A stretch of DNA of 40,374 bases, taken from contig JASIJW010000604.1 in the NCBI GenBank assembly GCA_030050035.1, positions 1 through 40,374 on the forward strand, given 5' to 3'. Shown in pieces: positions 1 through 8,975 of this stretch. This DNA is from Acidobacteriaceae bacterium (lineage in GTDB: Bacteria; Acidobacteriota; Terriglobia; Terriglobales; Acidobacteriaceae). The notes under the pieces were generated by a model. That model made no database searches. It worked only from the letters and a program-made list of their open reading frames with translations, and was not told where the DNA came from. Both the position numbers and the translations under genes were made by a program. How positions within the stretch are numbered: position 1 is the stretch's first letter; the number at the start of each line of letters is the position of its first letter.

Positions 1-1
1 C

Positions 2-145
2 CTCCGCATGACCATCCGATATGCCCACCTGCTCCCCGAGCATCTCGAGGCGGCAGCTTCCCGGCTCGATGGGGTGCTGACACTGCCCGCACCGGCCGAG
101 GAACTACCCGATGGGAAAGGTAGCTCTGAGGGCGAAAAGGGCTGA
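2..145 (+). CDS. Tyrosine recombinase/integrase, C-terminal fragment (5'-truncated by the window edge)
   Basis: Frame from nt 2 reads LRMTIRYAHLLPEHLEAAASRLDGVLTLPAPAEELPDGKGSSEGEKG* (TGA 143-145). MTxRYAHL matches the catalytic-Tyr box II of tyrosine recombinases. It ends 83 bp from a tRNA 3' end. Confidence 0.75.
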   Translation, partial: LRMTIRYAHLLPEHLEAAASRLDGVLTLPAPAEELPDGKGSSEGEKG

Positions 146-210
146 AAGTTCGCGCTCTGGAGTTACCACAGCGTTACCAGATGGAACAAATTTGAAGGAA
201 CTAACTTGGT

Positions 211-223
211 TAAACTCTTGATT
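211..223 (-). promoter_or_regulatory. IHF-consensus binding site
   Basis: Minus strand AATCAAGAGTTTA is an exact match to WATCAANNNNTTR, in an AT-rich patch next to the tRNA 3' end. Confidence 0.5.
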
Positions 224-228
224 CTATT

Positions 229-306
229 TGGCGTCCCCGACGGGATTTGAACCCGTGTTATCGCCGTGAAAGGGCGGTGTCCTAGGCCGGGCTAGACGAC
301 GGGGAC
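229..306 (-). tRNA. tRNA-Glu (anticodon TTC)
   Basis: Reverse complement GTCCCCGTCGTCTAGCCCGGCCTAGGACACCGCCCTTTCACGGCGATAACACGGGTTCAAATCCCGTCGGGGACGCCA: acceptor stem GTCCCCG/CGGGGAC, anticodon loop CTTTCAC, T-loop TTCAAAT, encoded CCA. Confidence 0.97.
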
Positions 307-359
307 GCTGCTGGGAAGAGTGGGTACAGCCAGAAAAGGGCGCGAACCGCACTCTTTTG

Positions 360-388
360 AGGCTATCAACTCGCTCAAATCATGTCAA
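360..388 (-). promoter_or_regulatory. sigma70-type promoter for tRNA-Glu
   Basis: TTGACA (388-383), 17-nt spacer, TAGCCT (365-360). Confidence 0.7.
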
Positions 389-792
389 AAGAGACGGTTC
401 CCCGGAGTAAGGCAACGGCGTGGGGCGCTGGGTCCAGTGGTTTCCGGCTCGCGGCAAAAGTCGGCTTGCGTTTTTCAGGGCCAGCACCGCGCGCTTTCAG
501 GATCATCTTTTGGAATTGCAGTGGGGCACGATGCGCAGGCTCAACATGCGGTATCCTCAAGGAAACGTGCGCCGCAGGTGAGCTGCATCGCTGCCGATTT
601 CAGGTGATCTTTGCGCCCTGATTTTTTTTGCGCCCCAGTACAGCGCTCCGGCGTCAGATGATTCGAGCGTTTATTGATGTGGAAGTCGGACTAGCGGCTA
701 TAAAAGCAGTCCGCGAGCGCCCGCAGTCTGGAACTCCAGAGGGCTGGATGCTCCAGCGAAGCTATCCCTTCTGAAGACAATGGCAACGCAGG

Positions 793-1929
793 ATGAAGAC
801 AGAGGAATTTCCAGTGAGGAAGAGCAATTTTAAGCGTATCTGGGCTTGCATTTGGGCCGGGTGCCTGGCCACGGTGGTCTTCGCGGCCGTTGGATGCCAG
901 ACCGAAAAACCGGCGGCGCCGGCGGGCGGGGGCGAGATGCGCGCCATGCCGGTGCAGACAGTGAGCGTTAAGCTCAGTCCCGTTGCCGAGAGCAGCGATT
1001 ACGTTTCCACCATCAAGTCGCGCCGGTCGGCGACGATTCAGCCGCAGGTGAGCGGTGCGATCACCCAGATCCTGGTGCACTCCGGGGACCATGTGAGTAC
1101 AGGCCAGGTCATGGTTGAGCTCGACCCGCGCCAGCAGCAGGCGACGGTTGCTTCGCAACTGGCCACCGAGCGCCAGAAAAAAGCGCTCTATGACTACAAC
1201 CAGATCGAGCTCGACCGGCAACGCAAGCTGTTTGAGGCCGGCGTGACCAGCCGTGATGCCATGCAGCAGGAAGAGCAGGCATACGAGAACTCGAAGGCCG
1301 ATTACGAAGCGGCAGTGGCCACGCGCAAGGCGCAGCAGCAGTTACTCGATTACTACACAGTGCGAGCGCCGTTCGACGGCATCATCGGCGACATCCCGGT
1401 GCACGTGGGCGATTACGTGACAACCTCAACCATGCTGACCACGGTGGATGAAAATAAGGATCTCGAAGCTTACATCTATATTCCCACTGAGCGGGCGCGC
1501 GACGTGGGGATGGGCCTAGGCGTGGAGCTGCTGGATAATTCGGGCAACCTTCTGGAGTCGACGAAGATCGACTTCGTTTCGCCGGAGGTGGATAGTAACC
1601 TGCAGGCCATCCTTGTGAAGGCGCCTGTTCACTCCAGCCCTCAGGTGCTGCGCAATGCGCAGATGGTGACGGCGCGGGTGATCTGGAGCACGAAACCCAT
1701 GCCGGTGGTGCCGGTGCTCGCGGTTACGCGCCAGGGCGCGCAGAGTTTCGTGTTTGTGGCGCAGCAGCAAAGCGGGCATTTTGTGGCGCACCAGATGCCG
1801 GTAACGCTGGGCGAAACGGTAGGCAATACCTATGCCATCTCTTCGGGGCTCGCGCCCGGTGACCGCGTCATCGTGTCGGGAACGCAGTTCCTGGTGAATG
1901 ATATGCCGGTAATGCCGATCGGCGGCTGA
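793..1929 (+). CDS. RND efflux periplasmic adaptor (membrane fusion protein), lipoprotein
   Basis: Lipobox AVGC; IQPQVSGAITQILVHSGDHV and VRAPFDGIIG lipoyl-like halves; adjacent to the RND permease. The true start may be GTG 814 (GAGG at 802-805). Confidence 0.93.
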   Translation: MKTEEFPVRKSNFKRIWACIWAGCLATVVFAAVGCQTEKPAAPAGGGEMRAMPVQTVSVKLSPVAESSDYVSTIKSRRSATIQPQVSGAITQILVHSGDHVSTGQVMVELDPRQQQATVASQLATERQKKALYDYNQIELDRQRKLFEAGVTSRDAMQQEEQAYENSKADYEAAVATRKAQQQLLDYYTVRAPFDGIIGDIPVHVGDYVTTSTMLTTVDENKDLEAYIYIPTERARDVGMGLGVELLDNSGNLLESTKIDFVSPEVDSNLQAILVKAPVHSSPQVLRNAQMVTARVIWSTKPMPVVPVLAVTRQGAQSFVFVAQQQSGHFVAHQMPVTLGETVGNTYAISSGLAPGDRVIVSGTQFLVNDMPVMPIGG

Positions 1930-1991
1930 GGGTCCAGGCCCCGAACCCGCGCACAACCGCAGCGGGACAAGAACGCGAAAGAGGTTTGATC

Positions 1992-4900
1992 TTGTTTGTC
2001 GATTTTTTCATCCACCGGCCGGTCTTCGCGACTGTATGCGCGCTGCTCATCATACTTGCTGGCGCGGCGTGCCTGCCTACGCTTCCCGTGGCCATGTATC
2101 CCACACTCGCACCGCCGCAGGTGACGGTGAGCGCGACGTATATCGGGGCCGACGCGGAAACGGTGGAGAAGGCAGTCACCATCCCTCTCGAGGAAGCCAT
2201 TAACGGCGTTGAGGGGATGCGCTACATCAGTTCGCAGAGCACCAACAGTGGCACCAGCGCCATCACCATCACGTTCCAAACCGGCTACGACCTCGACATC
2301 GCCGCCGTAGACGTGCAGAACCGCGTGGCCAGCGTGCAGGGCCGCCTGCCAGGCGAAGTCAACTCCACCGGCATCTCAATCACCAAGGCCAACAGTAACT
2401 TCGTTTTTGGCGTGGGCTTCTTCACGCGAGACGGCCGCTATTCGAGCGAGTTCATCTCGAATTACCTTGACGTTTACGTGAAGGATGCGCTCAAGCGCGT
2501 GCCGGGCGTGGGCGACGTCATCATCTTCGGCGAGCGCAAGTATGCGATGCGCGTATGGATCGATCCGGTGCGACTGGCTGCACGGGGTCTTACGGCAAGC
2601 GATGTAGTAAACGCGCTGCAGGAACAGAACGTGGAAATTCCTGCCGGGCAACTTGGCGAGCCGCCCGCTGATCAGAAGCAGGCGTTCCAGATTCCCGTCC
2701 GCGTGACCGGCCGGCTTTCCAGTCCCGCGGAATTCGACAACATCGTTGTCAAAAATTCGCCGAACGGACTTGTGCTGCTGAAGGATGTGGGCCACGCCGA
2801 GCTGGGCGCCGAAGATTACAGCTCGACCCTCAAATTCTCCGGCCACGAGGCGATGGGCGTTGGCGTGGAACAGCTTTCGAATGCCAATGCGCTCGATGTG
2901 GATCGCGAAGCCAAGGCTGCGCTTGAACGGCTCGCGAAGAGTTTCCCGCCCGGCCTAGAGTACCACGTTGCGTTCGACTCGACCACGGCTGTGGGCGACT
3001 CGATCCGCGAGGTGCTGCGCACGCTCATTGAAGCCATCATCATCGTCATCGCCGTCATCTTTCTGTTCCTGCTCGACTGGCGCGCAACCATCATTCCGGC
3101 GGTCACCATTCCGGTGTCGCTCATCGGCACGTTTGCGTTTATCAAGATATTCGGCTTTTCGATCAACTCGCTTACGCTGTTTGGAATCACGCTGGCGACC
3201 GGCCTGGTGGTCGACGACGCAATTGTGGTCATCGAGAACGTGCAGCGGCACATACATATGGAGCACTCCGACCCGCACCTGGCCACATCGCGGGCCATGC
3301 GCGAGGTTACGAGCGCGGTCATTGCAACTTCGCTCGTGCTGATCGCAGTGTTTGTTCCGGTTTCATTCTTTCCGGGCACCACGGGCATTCTCTATCGGCA
3401 ATTTTCGCTGACCATCGCGTTCTCGATCGCGATCTCGGCGTTCAACGCGCTTACGCTTTCGCCGGCGCTGTCGGCACTGTTCCTGCGCGGCGAAGAAGAA
3501 CGCCCGCACCAGCTCGATTTTCTGCGCATCCGCCCGCTTTCGCACGCCTTCGCGGGATTCATTCACGGCGCCGAGGGGTTCATCGGCTGGATGGGCAGCA
3601 CTTACGCGCGCATCATTCACGGCGCGCTCAAGGTGCGCTACGCGCTATTAATTGTCTTCTTTGCCGGCCTGGCTGCGACGGTGTGGATCTATGGGCATGT
3701 GCCCACCGGCTTTATTCCGCAGGAAGATCAAGGCTATTTGATGACCATCGTGCAGGCCCCGCCAGGGTCGTCGCTAGCCTATACGACAAACCTTGCCGAT
3801 CGCGCCGCGGCGATCATCGCGCAGAACCCTGATATTGACGGCCTGTTCTCGGTTATGGGGTTCAGCTTTGCGGGCAGCGCCTCGGATGCCGGCATGATGT
3901 TCGCGAGCTTGAAGCCAGCAGATGAACGGCGCGGACCCGGACACTCGGCCGCGGCGATCGTGGCCGACCTCTCGCCCAAGCTGCAGCGGCTGATGCTGGC
4001 GCCAAATGGCGGACTGGTGGCCCTGTTCGAGCCACCCGCGGTGAACGGAATTGGCAGCTTTGGCGGGTTCCAGTTCATGCTGCAGGATCAGGGGGGCAAC
4101 ACGCTAACGGATCTAGACCGCGTGGCTCACCAGATTGTGAACGCCAGCCGGGCGAAGAAGGACCTGACCGGTCTCCTCACCACCTTCTCGGCCAATGATC
4201 CGCAGGAGTTGGTGACAATTGACCGCGATAAAGCCAAGGCGCTCGGCGTTCCGCTGTCGCAAATCTCTTCCACGCTGAATGTGCTGATGGGCTCGGAGTA
4301 TGTGAACGATTTCGATTACAACGACCGCACCTATCGAGTTTTCGTTCAGGCCGATCAGCCGTTCCGCATGCGCTCGAGCGACCTGCACAGCTATTACGTG
4401 CGCTCGGACTCGAACCAGATGATCCCGCTCGACAACCTGGTTACGGTCGCGGAGAGTGCCGGGCCGCCGGTGATCACGCGCTACAATCTCTTCCGCGCTG
4501 TAGAGATCGACGGCTCGCCGGCGCCGGGCTACAGCTCCGGCCAGGCGCTCAAGGCCATGGAAGACCTCGCGAAGCAGAACATGATGCCGGGCATGGCTTT
4601 TCAGTGGACGGGCCTCACGCTCGACGAGCTGGAATCGAGCGGCAAAGCGCTCATCATCTTCACGCTTGGCCTGGTGGTGGTGTATCTCACGCTCTCGGCG
4701 CAGTACGAAAGCTTCGCGCTGCCCTTCATCATTCTGCTTGCCGTGCCCATGGCCGTGCTGGGCGCGCTGGGGCTTGTCTCGCTGCGCGGGCAGGCGAACG
4801 ACGTCTACTGCCAGATCGGCCTGGTTATGCTCATCGGCCTCTCGGCCAAGAACTCGATTTTGATTGTTGAGTTTGCCGAACAGCTCCGGCGGCGCGGCCG

Positions 4901-5180
4901 CACCATTGCCGAAGCTGCGATTGAAGCTGCCGAGCTGCGCCTGCGGCCGATCCTGATGACCTCGTTCGCGTTCATTCTCGGTGTTCTTCCGCTGTACTTC
5001 GCCACTGGCGCCGGCTCGCTCGGCCGCCGGTCGGTGGGAACGACGATCGTGGGCGGTATGCTGCTCTCCACTGTGCTGAACCTGATTTTCATTCCGGTTC
5101 TCTACGTGATTTTAAGCCGGCTGCTGAATCGCGGCGTCGTGGGAATCGAGATGCCGGTGGAAGTGGAGCAGCACATCTAG
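1992..5180 (+). CDS. RND efflux permease subunit (HAE1/AcrB family)
   Basis: MFVDFFIHRPVFA N-terminus; proton-relay motifs VVDDAIVVIEN, SAKNSILIVEF, RLRPILMT; ~1060 aa. Start taken as TTG 1992 after GAGG (ORF track starts at 1986). Confidence 0.95.
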   Translation: MFVDFFIHRPVFATVCALLIILAGAACLPTLPVAMYPTLAPPQVTVSATYIGADAETVEKAVTIPLEEAINGVEGMRYISSQSTNSGTSAITITFQTGYDLDIAAVDVQNRVASVQGRLPGEVNSTGISITKANSNFVFGVGFFTRDGRYSSEFISNYLDVYVKDALKRVPGVGDVIIFGERKYAMRVWIDPVRLAARGLTASDVVNALQEQNVEIPAGQLGEPPADQKQAFQIPVRVTGRLSSPAEFDNIVVKNSPNGLVLLKDVGHAELGAEDYSSTLKFSGHEAMGVGVEQLSNANALDVDREAKAALERLAKSFPPGLEYHVAFDSTTAVGDSIREVLRTLIEAIIIVIAVIFLFLLDWRATIIPAVTIPVSLIGTFAFIKIFGFSINSLTLFGITLATGLVVDDAIVVIENVQRHIHMEHSDPHLATSRAMREVTSAVIATSLVLIAVFVPVSFFPGTTGILYRQFSLTIAFSIAISAFNALTLSPALSALFLRGEEERPHQLDFLRIRPLSHAFAGFIHGAEGFIGWMGSTYARIIHGALKVRYALLIVFFAGLAATVWIYGHVPTGFIPQEDQGYLMTIVQAPPGSSLAYTTNLADRAAAIIAQNPDIDGLFSVMGFSFAGSASDAGMMFASLKPADERRGPGHSAAAIVADLSPKLQRLMLAPNGGLVALFEPPAVNGIGSFGGFQFMLQDQGGNTLTDLDRVAHQIVNASRAKKDLTGLLTTFSANDPQELVTIDRDKAKALGVPLSQISSTLNVLMGSEYVNDFDYNDRTYRVFVQADQPFRMRSSDLHSYYVRSDSNQMIPLDNLVTVAESAGPPVITRYNLFRAVEIDGSPAPGYSSGQALKAMEDLAKQNMMPGMAFQWTGLTLDELESSGKALIIFTLGLVVVYLTLSAQYESFALPFIILLAVPMAVLGALGLVSLRGQANDVYCQIGLVMLIGLSAKNSILIVEFAEQLRRRGRTIAEAAIEAAELRLRPILMTSFAFILGVLPLYFATGAGSLGRRSVGTTIVGGMLLSTVLNLIFIPVLYVILSRLLNRGVVGIEMPVEVEQHI

Positions 5181-5206
5181 ATAGTTCCGGGAGAATCAGT
5201 GTGCCC

Positions 5207-5515
5207 TTACTGCTTCTCCCGGTGCGCGATGATGTAGTCCTTGATTCGGTCGTAAACTTCACTCGTTACAACGCCGTGGTCGAGCAGATCCTGTTTCGTC
5301 CGATACGGGCGAAAGCGTACGATACGCTCGGCCCATGTGCGGGTCATCCCGGGCGCTTTCATCAGTTCGTCCACCGTGGCGTGGTTGATATCGACTCGCG
5401 CTTCGGGCGGAATTACCTGTGTATGCGCTGCGCTCTGATGCACCGGCGTGGCGAATCCTCGCACCGTGCATAGCAACGCCGCAGCCAGAGCAAAGATTTT
5501 CACTCCTTGGTACAC
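5207..5515 (-). CDS. Helix-hairpin-helix (ComEA-like) exported protein
   Basis: Signal-peptide-like N-terminus, then VDINHATVDELMKAPGMTRTWAERIVRFRPYRTKQDL, an HhH_3-type pattern. Confidence 0.8.
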   Translation of the reverse strand: MYQGVKIFALAAALLCTVRGFATPVHQSAAHTQVIPPEARVDINHATVDELMKAPGMTRTWAERIVRFRPYRTKQDLLDHGVVTSEVYDRIKDYIIAHREKQ

Positions 5516-5598
5516 CGCACCATTTTGGGCCAGCGAAGCGCATCATGCAAGCTGCAGTTTGCAATTGGGCATTTGAACCCGACCTGCGAAAATAAAGT

Positions 5599-7413
5599 AT
5601 GGCGCATCCTCCAGCCTCTTGCGGTTCTTCAGGATTCGGTTCGTCGAGCCTCGGCAAGGCTCGTACAGGACTCTTCCTTCTTCTCCTCGCGCTCCTGGTC
5701 TTCTGTTTTGCCCTGTTCTGGATTACGCGCGACGCCATGGCGCATCTGTCATTCCTGCAAAATGGCACGGCAAAATCGAATGCTTCTTTGGTCGATACTC
5801 GACCGTGGCAGACGGCTCAGACGCTTGCTTCGCTGGCGGTTACCGCCGAAGAGAATGAGTACGCGCGCCGCGCCGAGCACCTGGCAGATCACGCGGTAGA
5901 TCAAGCCTTTGCTGCAGCTCTCCGCCAGGCCCAGCTTGATGCCCAGCACCGCACGCTTACCGGCGCAGCCCTCGAACTGCAGCAGAAGATTACTCAGCTT
6001 GAAAAGATTCGTGATCAGGACCAGGCGACAGTCGATAAACTCTCGGCCAAAGCGCCTGCCGCGCAGCAAAAGCAAAATGCTGCTCCGGCCAACGATGCGC
6101 TGCAGGTAGCCAAAGCGCAGCTCGGACTCGATAACGACGAACTGGCCGACGCCCAACGCGATCTTGAGCGCGCCTCGGGCGATACGACCGCGCAAATCCA
6201 GGACGAGCTTGCCGCGCACGAACAGTCCATGCAGAAATACGATAGCCAGGTTGCCAGTGGCGAAATCGCGGTCATCTCCATGGCTCATAATCAGACGCTC
6301 GCCGCCCGCATTGCTGCATGGTTCAAACAACGGCAGCGCGAGGCGCTCCTTGAGCAAGCCCAGCAGCAAGCACTAGGAGATGTGCAGAGCATCACAGCTC
6401 AGCACAATGCGCTTGAGGCTCGCGCCAACTCTGCGACGACATCGGCATCGGCGGCGGACCAATCTGCAGAAATCGCCAGCCTTCACGACCGCAGTGCCGA
6501 GCGCCAGATTCTCAGCATTGACGACGATCGCATCCAAACCCATCAGCGGCTTGCAGCCGTATATGGCGAGTGGGCGGCGCAAGTCCGATTGCAGCATCGT
6601 ATTGTCGAGCACCTGATCCTCACTTCTCTGATGGTCATCTTGATCATCCTGATCGGCATGCTCGTCTGCGATGCCTTGATCCGCCGTCTGATGGACAGGC
6701 CCGCTCTCGATCGCCGGCAGATGCGCACCCTGCGCAGCATCCTGCAACTTGGCGTGCAGGCGGTCGGCCTCATACTGATTCTCTTTGTGATCTTCGGCGC
6801 GCCGCGTCAGACGCCTACCATCCTCGGCCTCACCACGGCGGCGCTCACCATTGCGCTGCAGGATTACATTGTCGCCTTCCTCGGCTGGTTCACGCTGATG
6901 GGCAAAAGCGGCATTCACGTGGGCGATTGGGTGGAGATCAACAATGTGAGCGGCGAGGTTGCGGATTTCCGACTGATGACCACGACGCTGCTCGAAACCG
7001 ACCAGGGGCTTCCCACCGGCCGCCGGATTACTTTCATGAACAGTTATGCCATCCGCGGCCAGTACTTCAACTTCTCCACTGCCGGGCAGTGGACGTGGGA
7101 AGAGATCGCGGCCGTCGTACCGGCCACGGCTGACGTACATGAGCTCACGCAGCGTGTCGAACAGGCCGTAACGGAAGAAACAAGCGAAAATATTCGTCGC
7201 GCCAGAGAAGAGTGGAGCCGAGGTAGCCGCGCTGCCGGGCTGCGCAGCTTGGATCCTGCACCGGTGGTGAACTTGCGCCCGTCGAACTCCGGCGTCGAAT
7301 TGCACGTGCGCTATATAACGCCCGCTGCTGCACGTTTTGAGCTTCGTAACCGGCTGTACCAACGAATCATTGAATTGCTACACGCATCGACGGCTGCGCC
7401 CGCGAAAGTGTAG
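5599..7413 (+). CDS. MscS-family mechanosensitive channel with a long N-terminal coiled-coil domain
   Basis: C-terminal TM helices, then IALQDYI...IHVGDWVEINNVSGEVADF, the MscS beta-domain signature; Gln/Ala-rich helical region after the first TM. Confidence 0.85.
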   Translation: MAHPPASCGSSGFGSSSLGKARTGLFLLLLALLVFCFALFWITRDAMAHLSFLQNGTAKSNASLVDTRPWQTAQTLASLAVTAEENEYARRAEHLADHAVDQAFAAALRQAQLDAQHRTLTGAALELQQKITQLEKIRDQDQATVDKLSAKAPAAQQKQNAAPANDALQVAKAQLGLDNDELADAQRDLERASGDTTAQIQDELAAHEQSMQKYDSQVASGEIAVISMAHNQTLAARIAAWFKQRQREALLEQAQQQALGDVQSITAQHNALEARANSATTSASAADQSAEIASLHDRSAERQILSIDDDRIQTHQRLAAVYGEWAAQVRLQHRIVEHLILTSLMVILIILIGMLVCDALIRRLMDRPALDRRQMRTLRSILQLGVQAVGLILILFVIFGAPRQTPTILGLTTAALTIALQDYIVAFLGWFTLMGKSGIHVGDWVEINNVSGEVADFRLMTTTLLETDQGLPTGRRITFMNSYAIRGQYFNFSTAGQWTWEEIAAVVPATADVHELTQRVEQAVTEETSENIRRAREEWSRGSRAAGLRSLDPAPVVNLRPSNSGVELHVRYITPAAARFELRNRLYQRIIELLHASTAAPAKV

Positions 7414-7602
7414 CAACAAATGCCAGCTTAAGAGCCAGGGCTTGCTCGTAGAATCTGGATCGGGACTGCCAACCGGCCTACGGCGATCGGCAGCGGCAAT
7501 CAAATATTTCAGTTATTTTACTTGCCGCCGCAGGACCGTTCTGAAAACATGAAGGCGGGCAAAGCCCCTTGAACTCCGTGCAAAGTCGTTCAGGAGGTTC
7601 AA

Positions 7603-8346
7603 ATGCGATTGAAATCGAGCGTACCCGCCATCTGTTTTGCCATTATCCTGACCACTTGCGCGGCCCATGCGCAGTTGACGGCTGCTGCGCACATAGCACT
7701 GGCCCAGGAAGATGCTGGCATCGTACTCGGTCAGCCCTGTGCGGTGGTCGAACAAACGCAGTCAACACGCCAACTGCCCGATGGAACGACTCTGACCCGA
7801 CGCACCGAGGTGCGCAAATGGCGCGATTCTCAGGGACGCTTCCGCAAACAAACCTCCGAGGTGAGCGATGGGCAGGAGCCACAATTCGAAGCGGCCAGCA
7901 TTATCGACCCGGTTGCCAATACCCTCACCATCCTCCACTTCGACCGAAAAACAGCGACCGTGTTCCACCTGCCCGATCAGGGCTCTAATAGTCTGCATCC
8001 ATACGTTGAACTCGATGACATACCGCTACTCGCTCGACCGGGCGTCCAGGTTAAGGTTGAGAAGCTGGAACCCAAAACGATTGCTGGCGTTTATGCCATG
8101 GGTAGGCGCGTCACGCGCGTTCGGCCGCCGGGGGTCATTGGCAACGACAAAACGGTGACGAGCGTAAGCGAGCGTTGGGTTTCGCCCGATCTTAAGATCC
8201 TTCTTGCGAGTTCCATGGACGATCCGCGCGAGCAGTTGATCCGCCAGGTAACGCAACTGGACCGCAGCGAGCCCGATCGCAGCATCTTTCAAATTCCCCA
8301 GGGCTTTACGGTGAGTGAAGTTCAGGTGCCGCAGAAGGAGCAATGA
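7603..8346 (+). CDS. Hypothetical exported protein
   Basis: AGGAGG SD, Sec signal peptide ending AHA-Q, beta-rich body (RDSQGRFR, ERWVSPDL, EPDRSIFQIP). Confidence 0.75.
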   Translation: MRLKSSVPAICFAIILTTCAAHAQLTAAAHIALAQEDAGIVLGQPCAVVEQTQSTRQLPDGTTLTRRTEVRKWRDSQGRFRKQTSEVSDGQEPQFEAASIIDPVANTLTILHFDRKTATVFHLPDQGSNSLHPYVELDDIPLLARPGVQVKVEKLEPKTIAGVYAMGRRVTRVRPPGVIGNDKTVTSVSERWVSPDLKILLASSMDDPREQLIRQVTQLDRSEPDRSIFQIPQGFTVSEVQVPQKEQ

Positions 8347-8372
8347 GCGCACAACTGTCCGGCAAGAAAATG

Positions 8373-8402
8373 TTGACATGACCCGGTCCGATCCCGTAGT
8401 TT
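8373..8402 (+). promoter_or_regulatory. sigma70-type promoter of the his operon
   Basis: TTGACA (8373-8378), 18-nt spacer, TAGTTT (8397-8402). Confidence 0.65.
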
Positions 8403-8410
8403 CAAGACAG

Positions 8411-8482
8411 ATGCAAATTCACCGCCATCACGGTCACCACCATCATCATGGGACCTCCATGCCGGCGGATGCTATGGCCTGA
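8411..8482 (+). CDS. hisL: His operon leader peptide MQIHRHHGHHHHHGTSMPADAMA
   Basis: 23-codon ORF with 8 His codons among codons 4-13, directly upstream of a terminator and of the first his gene. Confidence 0.88.
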   Translation: MQIHRHHGHHHHHGTSMPADAMA

Positions 8483-8511
8483 ATTGGCCAGAGAGATCGG
8501 AAATAATCATC

Positions 8512-8544
8512 AGCCCGCCGGCCGCCAAAGCCCGCGGGTTTTTT
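8512..8544 (+). terminator. His attenuator (Rho-independent terminator)
   Basis: AGCCCGC-C-GGC [CGCCAAA] GCC-C-GCGGGTT hairpin running into a T6 tract. Its 5' arm (8515-8522) is perfectly complementary to 8461-8468 in the leader, forming an antiterminator. Confidence 0.85.
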
Positions 8545-8597
8545 CTTGCCTCTCGAAACCTCAGCACGACCAGAACTCAGTACCAACAGGAATTGCC

Positions 8598-8975
8598 ATG
8601 ACCGATCAAATCATGTCCAACCAAACTGCGACCATCGATTTCGACAAAATGGAAGGGCTCGTCCCCGGCATCGTGCAGGATGTGCGCACCGGCGAAGTGC
8701 TGATGCTCGGCTTTCTGAACCCGACCAGCTACGCCAAAACGCTCGAGACAGGCTTTGTGACTTTTTGGAGCCGCACCCGCCAGAAGCTGTGGATGAAGGG
8801 CGAGACCAGCGGCAACCGCCTGCGCGTCGTCTCCGCCTCCACCGACTGCGACAATGACACGCTTCTGTTCCGCGTTGAAGTGGAAGGCGACGGCCTGGTT
8901 TGCCACGAAGGCACCGTAAGCTGCTTCACCCGCCCCATTGCGACGAACGCGCAAACGGAGGTGGCTCGTGGCTGA
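8598..8975 (+). CDS. hisI: Phosphoribosyl-AMP cyclohydrolase (monofunctional)
   Basis: [26 protein letters not shown] and CHEGTVSCF metal-binding motifs; no HisE domain. Start ATG 8598 (or 8613). Confidence 0.95.
   Translation: MTDQIMSNQTATIDFDKMEGLVPGIVQDVRTGEVLMLGFLNPTSYAKTLETGFVTFWSRTRQKLWMKGETSGNRLRVVSASTDCDNDTLLFRVEVEGDGLVCHEGTVSCFTRPIATNAQTEVARG

Larger units (their letters stand above)
1..231. mobile_element. Right-hand end (att junction) of a tRNA-Glu-integrated element (prophage/ICE/island)
   Basis: Integrase tail converging on the tRNA 3' end; GTTACCA direct repeats at 162-168 and 173-179; IHF-consensus site at 211-223. Confidence 0.65.

Noticed and set aside
320-621. Short ORFs between the tRNA and the RND genes
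   Set aside because: No SD or motifs, mutually overlapping, and they cover the tRNA promoter.
793-5180. RND pair lacking an outer-membrane factor
   Set aside because: Unlinked TolC-type genes are common, so this is not unusual.
8448-8597. N-terminal extension of hisI in the ORF track
   Set aside because: It runs through the leader peptide and attenuator terminator; HisI-like sequence begins only after 8598.
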